From NCBI RefSeq assembly GCF_003044035.1, contig NZ_NVQC01000020.1, forward strand, positions 30,001 through 62,000: a DNA stretch of 32,000 nt. The letters run 5' to 3'. Each line of letters begins with the position of its first letter. Position 1 is the first letter of the stretch. Shown piece by piece: positions 1-6,617 of this stretch. The notes below the pieces were generated by a model. The model was not told the origin of the DNA. It saw nothing but the letters and a program-made list of their open reading frames with translations, and made no database searches. Position numbers and translations under genes: made by a program. This DNA is from Candidatus Methylomirabilis limnetica. GTDB lineage: Bacteria; Methylomirabilota; Methylomirabilia; Methylomirabilales; Methylomirabilaceae.

Positions 1-564
1 CTTCGCGTAGACCTTTTGTGCCATGGTCGAGATGCAGCGGTCGGATCGTCCATCTCCGATATACATTGTCTCCTTAAGCGAGAGGCCGAAAAAGCTGGCG
101 ACGGCACATTTACACGTCCCGGCCCCAACCAGACAGTCGGGTGAAGCATATGGGGAGCCGAGCGAGAGGGACCCGTTCCCATCGCAGGCCAGGCGATTAG
201 AGATGACGGGAATGTAGGACAGACCGTGCCGACGCAGTACCGCCTCGATAAACCGATCGACGCCGTCGCTGACGATGATAAGCGGGATACCGTATTGTGC
301 GCACCGTTGCGAGAGCGTCACGATGCCCTCGTCGATAGGGAGATCAGCCGCAAACCGCATGAGTGTTGACAGATCTGCCTGAATCAACTCCACCTGTCTA
401 GCCATACACTCTCGGCTGGTGATCTCACCCCGCTCCCATCGGCGCTCCCATTCACGGAATTCCGGCAGGGCAAAGGCTTCGAGGATGGCGAGCGTGGCAT
501 CTGTTTTGGTGATGGTCCCGTCAAAATCGCAGAGGACTTGAAAAGCCGGCAGACCGCTAGGCAT
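1..564 (-). CDS. HAD-IB superfamily phosphatase, MtnX-like (partial; C-terminal end runs past the window edge)
   Basis: My translation of the minus strand from the ATG at 564-562: MPSGLPAFQVLCDFDGTITKTDATLAILEAF...VSDGVDRF...GAGTCKCAVAS...MYIGDGRSDRCISTMAQKVYAK. It shows HAD motif I (DFDGT), a Cys cluster and GDGxSD, as in B. subtilis MtnX. The frame stays open to position 1. It is missing from the supplied track because it has no in-window stop. Confidence 0.7.
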   Translation of the reverse strand, partial: MPSGLPAFQVLCDFDGTITKTDATLAILEAFALPEFREWERRWERGEITSRECMARQVELIQADLSTLMRFAADLPIDEGIVTLSQRCAQYGIPLIIVSDGVDRFIEAVLRRHGLSYIPVISNRLACDGNGSLSLGSPYASPDCLVGAGTCKCAVASFFGLSLKETMYIGDGRSDRCISTMAQKVYAK

Positions 565-759
565 GCGCAGAGATCGAGAACTCGCTGCCGATTTTTCTAG
601 CTTGGGAGGACTGATCGTTGAAGGAAAGGCTTGATCCATACCCATATTGTAGAATAACATAACCAGCAAGAAAGATACAAGTAAAGCCGCTACTGTCCGG
701 CTATCGAACGACTCGACACCCGATCACCATGGGCTATCTCATTGCCGGCAAGCTGAAGT

Positions 760-1494
760 TTGTCTTACCCACATGAAACAGCGAGGAACTACAAATTGAG
801 AGTTAAAATATTCGCAGATGGCGCAGACAAGACTGGCATCCTGGAAATGTACTGTAACCCGCTGATAAAAGGGTTTACCACCAATCCGACGCTGATGCGT
901 AAAGCCGGAGTCTCTGACTATCAGGCATTTGCGCTTGACATCCTCCGAGCCATTCCCGATCGTCCCATCTCCTTCGAAGTCTTCTCAGACGACTTCACCG
1001 AGATGGCCCGTCAGGCCCGCAAGATCGCAGGATGGGGCGAGAATGTCTATGTGAAGATCCCCGTCACAAACACCCAAGGCGAGTCGTCCGCAAAGCTGGT
1101 CCATGATCTCGCCCGAGAAGGGGTCAAGCTGAATGTGACAGCGCTGACGGCACTGGATCAGGTACGCGAGATGAGTGCCGCTCTAGCAGAGGGACCTCCG
1201 GCTATTGTGTCGGTTTTCGCCGGGCGTGTCGCGGATACAGGCAGAGACCCGGTGCCGCATATGGCGGCAGCCGTGGAGTGTGTGCGTTCGTACCCGAATA
1301 TTGAATTGATCTGGGCCAGCCCTCGTGAACTGCTCAACATCTTTCAAGCCGACGCCATTGGCTGCCATATCATTACCGTGACACATGACATTTTAAAGAA
1401 ATTGAACCTGATTGGTAAGGACCTGCATGAGTTCTCACTCGACACTGTCAAGATGTTTCACGATGATGCCATGAAGGCCGGTTATACGCTGTAG
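760..1494 (+). CDS. Transaldolase / fructose-6-phosphate aldolase family protein
   Basis: Track ORF of 244 aa with family motifs KIFADGAD, GFTTNPTL, VYVKIPVT and NVTALT. The track start is a TTG at 760. A TTG at 796, 8 nt after GAGGA (783-787), would give the more typical N-terminus (M)RVKIFADG. Confidence 0.8.
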   Translation: MSYPHETARNYKLRVKIFADGADKTGILEMYCNPLIKGFTTNPTLMRKAGVSDYQAFALDILRAIPDRPISFEVFSDDFTEMARQARKIAGWGENVYVKIPVTNTQGESSAKLVHDLAREGVKLNVTALTALDQVREMSAALAEGPPAIVSVFAGRVADTGRDPVPHMAAAVECVRSYPNIELIWASPRELLNIFQADAIGCHIITVTHDILKKLNLIGKDLHEFSLDTVKMFHDDAMKAGYTL

Positions 1495-1601
1495 AGGCCG
1501 GATGGTCCTGCCTACTGGTGAAGGAGGCCAGTCCTGCATTGATTAAGATTCAGGGATCTACCGCGGGCGGCTCCATCGGACGTTTAACAGGGAGAACCTG
1601 C

Positions 1602-1679
1602 ATGACGATCGCGCTGATCACGGGAATCACCGGGCAAGACGGCTCCTACCTGACCGAGCTGCGGCTCATGACAATTTAG
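1602..1679 (+). pseudogene. gmd: 5' remnant of a GDP-mannose 4,6-dehydratase (gmd) gene, 25 codons then stop
   Basis: GGAGA at 1591-1595, then ATG at 1602. Translation is MTIALITGITGQDGSYLTELRLMTI*. ALITGITGQDGSYLxE is the Gmd N-terminal Rossmann motif (E. coli: ALITGVTGQDGSYLAEF). Similarity ends after about codon 20. The TAG at 1677-1679 overlaps the 3' end of the convergent mptG. Confidence 0.6.
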
Positions 1680-2692
1680 CTAATCTCGGCCCCTCTATTG
1701 GAGGCCTTTGCTAAGAAGACGATCGCTTCAATTTTCCCTTGCATAGCCTGCATGAGACGATGCTTCAGGTGATCGGCTTGGTCCTGATCCATAGTCAGCC
1801 CATAGACCGCCGGTCCCCAGGAACTCTGCCCTACCCCTAACGCCCCAGCCCTTCGCATCGCCCTGGCCAGTTCCGCCCCCTGCGTGGTGGCAAAGGTTCC
1901 GCCCTGGACGGATCTGAACCAGTTTCCGACAATGCGCTGAATCCTGGTAAGCGCCTCACCGAATACAACGGGGTCGCGCTCGAGCACCGCCGGGAGCATC
2001 TGCATGAGCAGGATGCGGCTGAGCCGTCCCGCGGCGGTGGCAGGACGTAGGGCAAGCCGGCCAAACGCATCGACCTCTGCAACTCCGGCAAGCCCACGGT
2101 CGACATGGGGAATTGCCACGACAAAGGTCCACTCCTCTGGAAAGGGGTAGCGGACGATCGTGGGCGGAACGAGATTCCGGGTTCGTGTTTCGGTTTGCCT
2201 TAACCCACTCGAAACTCGAAACTCGAAACTCGAAACTGTTTCGCCTGCGGTGTTCATTCGCCGTCCGGCATCCACGACGAAACCGCCCTGCTCGAAGGCG
2301 GCGATCCCAATCCCCGACCGAGCCCCTCTGTCCATTACGGCTGCCAACTCCCGAACACTGGCGTCGATGGAGAAGAGACGAGCCAGCGCTGAAGCAACGC
2401 TGAGCGCAAGCTGCGTCCCGGAGCCCAAACCTGCATGGGCAGGGATTATTGCCTTGACGGAGATGTGAACCCCTTGCTGGAGATTGTAGTGGCGGAGAAA
2501 ACGGCGTGCCAACGTGAGGACTCGACCCCGCTCTCGCCCTACAGCCGAGAGGCGATCCGCCGGTGACGCCTCGAGAACGACCGAGGGCTCGCCGATCGCC
2601 AGCCCGATGCTCCCAAACATCCGACCCAATGAGCCGTCCAGGTCGATGAAGCCGAAGTGAAGTCTGGCAGGGGCCTTGACCGTGACGCCCAT
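1676..2692 (-). CDS. mptG: beta-ribofuranosylaminobenzene 5'-phosphate (beta-RFAP) synthase, H4MPT biosynthesis (GHMP-kinase fold); carries an in-frame repeat insertion
   Basis: Track ORF of 338 aa: MGVTVKAPARLHFGFIDLDGSLGRMFGSIGLAI...PAHAGLGSGTQLAL...GIGIAAFEQGGFVVDAG, the typical beta-RFAP synthase signature. The ATG overlaps the upstream gene's stop (TAATG). Confidence 0.8.
   Translation of the reverse strand: MGVTVKAPARLHFGFIDLDGSLGRMFGSIGLAIGEPSVVLEASPADRLSAVGRERGRVLTLARRFLRHYNLQQGVHISVKAIIPAHAGLGSGTQLALSVASALARLFSIDASVRELAAVMDRGARSGIGIAAFEQGGFVVDAGRRMNTAGETVSSFEFRVSSGLRQTETRTRNLVPPTIVRYPFPEEWTFVVAIPHVDRGLAGVAEVDAFGRLALRPATAAGRLSRILLMQMLPAVLERDPVVFGEALTRIQRIVGNWFRSVQGGTFATTQGAELARAMRRAGALGVGQSSWGPAVYGLTMDQDQADHLKHRLMQAMQGKIEAIVFLAKASNRGAEIS
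2166..2243 (-). repeat. Heptamer-armed palindromic element, copy E1 (in frame inside mptG)
   Basis: Minus strand reads CAGTTTCG AGTTTCG AGTTTCG AGTTTCG AGT-GGGTTAAGG-CAAACCGAAACACGAACCCGGAATCTCG. It encodes ...VSSFEFRVSSGLRQTETRTRNLV.... By hand alignment the arms are about 18/26 complementary. Confidence 0.75.
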
Positions 2693-3240
2693 TACTGCTG
2701 CCGCTCGACGTAATCCTGAAGGTATCGCATCGCCTGCGCTTCCTGTTCTCCACCGGTCTTCTGCACAATCTCAGTCAGACGGCGATACTCCTGAAGGATG
2801 TGCGCCACGCCAAGGAACCGGACTCGGGTGGCGAGGATTGTTGCCTCAATAATTGCGTTCTTCGCGCGGCTGAACCCGATGAATTCGCGCAGGATCCCCT
2901 TTTTGAGGATCTTGCAAAGGAAGGTCGCGCGCTCTGATGCTGTGTTGGTGTGCATGACTGAACACTCGTAATACGAGCAGGCGTCTGTCAGGACAATGCC
3001 GGTGACCAGCTCGGCCGGAAAGGTAGGAAAATGAGGTCTGGAGATGGCGCTTTCGGCGAACAGACGGATCGAGTCGGTCAGATTAACGACAGCGGCCCCG
3101 GTTGCGATAATATTTTGGCAGGTGGCTGAATCTTTATAGGGTCGGATGAGGAGTTCCCCTTCCCCGATAGTGATCCCCATCGGCGCAAAATTCGCCCCTC
3201 CAGCCTCATCTAACGTTGTTACAATACTTTCGATGATCAT
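2692..3240 (-). CDS. DUF447-family protein (FMN-binding split-barrel-like; H4MPT-pathway associated)
   Basis: Track ORF of 182 aa, MIIESIVTTLDEAGGANFAPMGI..., which resembles the DUF447 proteins found in bacterial and archaeal methanopterin gene clusters. It lies in an operon between the DHPS-like gene and mptG. Confidence 0.6.
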   Translation of the reverse strand: MIIESIVTTLDEAGGANFAPMGITIGEGELLIRPYKDSATCQNIIATGAAVVNLTDSIRLFAESAISRPHFPTFPAELVTGIVLTDACSYYECSVMHTNTASERATFLCKILKKGILREFIGFSRAKNAIIEATILATRVRFLGVAHILQEYRRLTEIVQKTGGEQEAQAMRYLQDYVERQQ

Positions 3241-3288
3241 CCGTTGTGTCCATCGCGTCCACGCTATAGACGCTATAAACGCCGCACG

Positions 3289-4659
3289 CTATTGACGCGA
3301 GGGGAGGCCGTGTTCAAGATACCCCCATTTGAGATCTTCTTCCTGGATGTATTTTTTCCCAAGCAGCATCGCGAGCCTCGCCTTCATCAACTCACGACCC
3401 AGGTAAAAGGCGTGGCCAATCGGTTCCGGGCCAAGGTACGCCTTAACCTGGTCGAAGATCCGGTGGATGTCGGTCTCCTTGATGAAGAGATCGCGGTTGA
3501 ACGCGTAGATGGCCGCTCGATCGGCAAATATTCGGAAGTTCGGGTCTGTCACCATCCGTTGCATCTGACGCAGCTCCGCCTCGGATGGACAATCGACCCT
3601 CCGGTCTTTGATTGTGAGCAGACCGTCGTCGATGTCTTTTGGCAGCACCCCCCGCCGTCTGGCGTAATACATCAGCCGCCGGGCCAGGTCCAGCTCGCGT
3701 ACCGACCCTCTGGCCCACGAGGCCACCTCGGTGGTAAGTACATATCGCACCTGTAGCTCCGACATCACCCCTGTGAGGAGCGCATTGATCCCCGTGCTGT
3801 CGGCATCGGTTAGCTCTGTGACGTTTCCCACCCCCATAAGGATCTCCGCCTGCGGGAAGCGGTGTCTCGCCTCAACGTAGCGGGCGAGCGACTCGGCAAA
3901 ACCGAAGGTGATCGGCGCGAGGATCGGGTCGATGAGATATCGTGTGCAGCCCAGGCGCTCTACGGCCTCGATATTCGCCGCAAGGGAATCCAGCCCCTTG
4001 CCGAAATCGGGGATGATCACCGGGGTACACGCCAGATCCGGGGCCAGATGCAGATTCTGTGAGTTCAAGCTCAGGAGAAACTCCGCGCCGGCCTTGTCGG
4101 CGGCGATGATCTCCTGCGTATTGAAGGTATCGATGCTGACGCGAAACCCCTCGGACCGAAGCACCGAGACGATCTCGCCGACATTGCCGGCCGGTCGCGC
4201 CGGGATGCAGCCAACGTCGATGACGTCCGCGCCACAGGCTACGTAGTAGCGAGCCTTGCTGAGGACCTCGCCTATCGGCAGCGTGGGGGCGTCGTTGATT
4301 TCGGCCAGGATGGTCAGGTCGTGGCCGCCATACCCCTCCCGTTTCTTCTCTACGCCAAAGTAGTAGGGGATATCACGCAGATCTTTCGGCCCCTTTTCGA
4401 CCTTCACGCCCAGCGACTGTTCTAGCTCTTGAGGTTCCACGCGGCAGAGTCCGGGGATCATCAGCAGATCACAGCATGGCGACCGAAGAGAATGGATGAT
4501 GAGGGGCGTAGTCATCAGGGCGGCCACGCTGATCTTGAGGACGGCCACCTCGTATTCGAAATCGGCCTGCATGCCTGCCAGCGTCTCTTTCAGGGCGCGC
4601 TCTGCCAGCTTGCCGGTAACGAAGAGAATCTTCATGCGCCCCCCGCATTCCGTCCTCAC
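3289..4659 (-). CDS. Dihydropteroate-synthase-like pterin-binding protein (methanopterin biosynthesis)
   Basis: Track ORF of 456 aa. An N-terminal domain is followed by a DHPS-like barrel (GADVIDVGC..., IDTFN..., NVTELTDADS). A GTG at 4659 overlaps the SDR stop (GTGA). The alternative ATG at 4635 gives MKILFVTGKLAE. Confidence 0.7.
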   Translation of the reverse strand: MRTECGGRMKILFVTGKLAERALKETLAGMQADFEYEVAVLKISVAALMTTPLIIHSLRSPCCDLLMIPGLCRVEPQELEQSLGVKVEKGPKDLRDIPYYFGVEKKREGYGGHDLTILAEINDAPTLPIGEVLSKARYYVACGADVIDVGCIPARPAGNVGEIVSVLRSEGFRVSIDTFNTQEIIAADKAGAEFLLSLNSQNLHLAPDLACTPVIIPDFGKGLDSLAANIEAVERLGCTRYLIDPILAPITFGFAESLARYVEARHRFPQAEILMGVGNVTELTDADSTGINALLTGVMSELQVRYVLTTEVASWARGSVRELDLARRLMYYARRRGVLPKDIDDGLLTIKDRRVDCPSEAELRQMQRMVTDPNFRIFADRAAIYAFNRDLFIKETDIHRIFDQVKAYLGPEPIGHAFYLGRELMKARLAMLLGKKYIQEEDLKWGYLEHGLPSRQ

Positions 4660-5405
4660 ACCCAGAGGCCGCCGTGAACGTGGAGGATTGCCCCCGTCAC
4701 GTATCGCGCCCTCTCGGATGCCAGGTAACTCACCGCCTCGGCGACATCGTCGGGTGTGCCCAATCGACCAAGGGGGACCATCCGGGCCCAGGCCGCTTTG
4801 TCCTCAGCGAGATACTCACCGTAGGTCTCGGTCTCGATGAAACCGGGGTTCACGGCGTTTACCCTGATGCCCCAGGGCGCTTCGGATCTGGCGAGCGATC
4901 TGGTCAGCATGATCACGCCGGATTTGGCGATGTAGTAGGCCGGGGCCTCAAAGACGCCGATCGGCGAATGCTCGACATTGAGCGCCCCGATGTTGGTGAT
5001 GCTGCCGGCTCGCTTCTCTCGCATGACCCGCAGGGCTGCCCTGCTGCAATAAAAGGCGCTACTCAGATTACTGTCCAGGGTTCGTCGCCACTCGTCGTCG
5101 GTGGTGTCATACAACGCCCGCGTGAGAAACGGACCAACGTTGTTGACCAGGACATCAAGGGATCCGAGTTGGCTGATCGCCGTCTCGATAAGATAGGACG
5201 CGCCGGCGGAGACGGATACATCCGCTTTAACAGCCACCGCCTTTACAGGGAGGTCCTCGAACTCCCGGAGGGCCACTTGGACCGCATCCTCGTCGCCATG
5301 ATAGTTCAGGACGACGTCACAGCCATCCTGGGCGAGGCGCCGAGCGATCGCCTTGCCGATCCCTTTGGTGCTGCCGGTAATTACCGCAACCCGTCGTGAT
5401 TCCAC
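4656..5405 (-). CDS. Short-chain dehydrogenase/reductase (FabG-like SDR)
   Basis: Track ORF of 249 aa with GTG start. It has TGSTKGIGKAIA (TGxxxGIG), NNVG, a YxxxK (YYIAKSG) and a PGFIET motif. Confidence 0.8.
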   Translation of the reverse strand: MESRRVAVITGSTKGIGKAIARRLAQDGCDVVLNYHGDEDAVQVALREFEDLPVKAVAVKADVSVSAGASYLIETAISQLGSLDVLVNNVGPFLTRALYDTTDDEWRRTLDSNLSSAFYCSRAALRVMREKRAGSITNIGALNVEHSPIGVFEAPAYYIAKSGVIMLTRSLARSEAPWGIRVNAVNPGFIETETYGEYLAEDKAAWARMVPLGRLGTPDDVAEAVSYLASERARYVTGAILHVHGGLWV

Positions 5406-5556
5406 TCGCTTAATGCCTCACGCATTAAAAGTCATCAGCTATTTGTCTTCAGCCTTCAGTCTTTCTTTTCCTCATCTTATGCTCGCCACGCTGAAACTTC
5501 AAGACGAATCCACCCTCGCCGATGTGGGCGGCGTCATACTGCGGCACCAGAATTAC

Positions 5557-5584
5557 TTGACTTATTTTGGGCGGGCTGTAGAAT
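5557..5584 (+). promoter_or_regulatory. Sigma70-type promoter for tRNA-Val
   Basis: TTGACT (5557-5562), a 16-nt spacer, then TAGAAT (5579-5584). The tRNA 5' end lies 17 nt downstream. Confidence 0.55.
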
Positions 5585-5601
5585 TCGGTTTACACAAAGT
5601 T

Positions 5602-5678
5602 GGACGGTTAGCTCAGATGGTTAGAGCGCCGCCTTCACACGGCGGAGGTCACTGGTTCGATCCCAGTACCGTCCACCA
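5602..5678 (+). tRNA. tRNA-Val (anticodon CAC), CCA encoded
   Basis: Hand-folded cloverleaf: acceptor GGACGGT/ACCGTCC, D arm GCTC-AGATGGTTA-GAGC, anticodon arm CCGCC-TTCACAC-GGCGG, variable AGGTC, T arm ACTGG-TTCGATC-CCAGT, discriminator A, then CCA. Confidence 0.9.
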
Positions 5679-5682
5679 CGAT

Positions 5683-5714
5683 CCCCCTGCCGCTGGGCAG
5701 GGGGTTTTTATTTT
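5683..5714 (+). terminator. Rho-independent terminator after tRNA-Val
   Basis: Perfect 9-bp stem CCCCCTGCC / GGCAGGGGG with loop GCTG, followed by TTTTTATTTT. Confidence 0.8.
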
Positions 5715-5730
5715 CCCTACCCATTTCAGC

Positions 5731-5760
5731 TTGACATCAGTGAACTCGTTCAGTAGGCTC
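5731..5760 (+). promoter_or_regulatory. Promoter-like bipartite motif, copy A (TTGACAT-N10-GTTCAGTAGGCTC)
   Basis: TTGACA (5731-5736), a 17-nt spacer, then TAGGCT (5754-5759). Both blocks recur exactly at 6557-6585. Confidence 0.4.
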
Positions 5761-5784
5761 CATTCAATCATACGGGTTACCCCT

Positions 5785-5848
5785 GTAGGGGCGCAATTCA
5801 TTGCGCCCTCCGGGGTAAGAGGGCATGATGAATCACGCCCCTACGATC
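5785..5848 (+). repeat. REP-like hairpin unit, solo copy upstream of the RAYT-like gene
   Basis: GTAGGGGCGCAATTCATTGCGCCCT-CCGGGGTAAGA-GGGCATGATGAATCACGCCCCTACGATC. The inner 9-bp palindrome is GGGCGCAAT/ATTGCGCCC. The outer pair is GTAGGGGCG/CGCCCCTAC. Near-identical blocks lie inside the CDS at 6139-6225. Confidence 0.7.
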
Positions 5849-6138
5849 CTTAATCCATCGTTTTAGAGGGGCATTGCATGGCCTTCAATCCGGACGTTCA
5901 TCATCGCCGTTCGATCCGATTGAAGGACTACGATTATGCCCAACATGGTGCGTACTTCATCACCATCTGCACACGGAACCGAGAACGTCTATTGGGGTCC
6001 GTACAGGATGGGCAAATAGTCTTAAATGATGTTGGAAATATTGTCGAATCGGTATGGCATGGGCTACCCAATCGCTTTCCATCCGTTGGATTGGATGCGT
6101 ATGTCATCATGCCCAATCATGTCCATGGCATCATCACC

Positions 6139-6263
6139 GTAGGGGCGCAATTGATTGCGCCCTGCCCGGTCGGTCGCAACGATAAGGCCGGTCAAGAGGG
6201 CATGATGAATCACGCCCCTACGATCGTGGGCAACCCGGCGGGCATGATGAATCACGCCCCTAC
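6139..6263 (+). repeat. REP-like hairpin unit embedded in frame in the transposase CDS, with its 3' half-site tandemly duplicated
   Basis: GTAGGGGCGCAATTGATTGCGCCCT...GGGCATGATGAATCACGCCCCTACGATC runs 6139-6225. The 24-nt GGGCATGATGAATCACGCCCCTAC at 6198-6221 recurs exactly at 6240-6263. The region encodes VGAQLIAP...GMMNHAPTIVGNPAGMMNHAPT. Confidence 0.7.
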
Positions 6264-6471
6264 ATTGGGCAATATTGTTCGCACATTCAAGGCTGCATCA
6301 ACCAATGTGATTCGGAAAAGTCGAGCTCCCGCCTTTGCCCGGCAACGCAACTACCACGAGTACATCATCCGGGATGAGCGATCGCTGAACGGTATTCGTC
6401 GGTACATCCAGGTCAATCCGCTGCTTTGGTTATATGACAGAGAAAATCCTCAAGCAGTATGCGTACCCAAC

Positions 6472-6565
6472 AAAGAGGTCAACCGGGTACTGGCGAAGCA
6501 CTACAACTTCACGAACGAGGACCTGGATTTCATCATTATACGATGTCAAGTACCGGTTGACATAA
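6472..6565 (+). pseudogene. Frameshifted C-terminal remnant of a DNA methyltransferase or restriction-modification-type gene, read through by the transposase ORF
   Basis: The in-frame reading is KEVNRVLAKHYNFTNEDLDFII. Skipping one base (6538), which equals a 2-nt deletion, gives YDVKYRLT followed by TAA at 6563-6565. The restored LAKHYxFTxEDLDFII(N)YDVKYR matches my recollection of the HYGFTxEELDFIINYDIKYRMG tail of large N6-adenine methyltransferases. This was not checked by any search. Confidence 0.45.
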
Positions 6566-6585
6566 CAGATGGGTTCAGTAGGCTC
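6557..6585 (+). promoter_or_regulatory. Promoter-like bipartite motif, copy B (TTGACAT-N9-GTTCAGTAGGCTC), upstream of bioB
   Basis: TTGACA (6557-6562), a 16-nt spacer, then TAGGCT (6579-6584), about 33 nt before the bioB ATG. By hand alignment 23 of 30 positions match copy A, and both flanking blocks are perfect. Confidence 0.4.
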
Positions 6586-6617
6586 GATTTTGTTCAAGAT
6601 GCTGATCTTTCTTATGA

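Noticed and set aside
23-217. 64-aa plus-strand ORF at the left edge.
   Set aside because: It is antisense to the MtnX-like HAD phosphatase, whose motifs are clear on the minus strand.
631-655. TTGATC ... TAGAAT as a promoter for the transaldolase gene.
   Set aside because: The spacer between the hexamers is only 13 nt and no proper extended -10 is present, so this is too weak to call.
1495-1601. Possible hairpin or terminator after the transaldolase gene (GAGGCC...GGAGGCCAGTCC).
   Set aside because: Complementarity is patchy when paired by hand, and no T-tract follows.
2205-2243. Whether the tandem 7-nt repeats could be a CRISPR array or a phase-variation (contingency) tract.
   Set aside because: The units are 7 nt with no spacers, so this is not a CRISPR array. 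Adding or losing one 7-nt unit would shift the frame, but the tracts are paired with an inverted arm at four loci. That points to a dispersed palindromic element rather than a locus-specific slippage switch. Slippage remains possible and could be checked in population data.
5353-5853. 166-aa plus-strand ORF spanning the SDR-transposase interval.
   Set aside because: It reads straight through the tRNA-Val gene, its terminator and the REP-like hairpin, so it is an artefact of an open frame over non-coding features.
6596-6609. AAGAT-GCTG-ATCTT palindrome just upstream of bioB as a possible BirA operator.
   Set aside because: The arms are only 5 bp and do not resemble the TGT(A/T)AACC-type bio operators I know. 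A match this short is easily due to chance.
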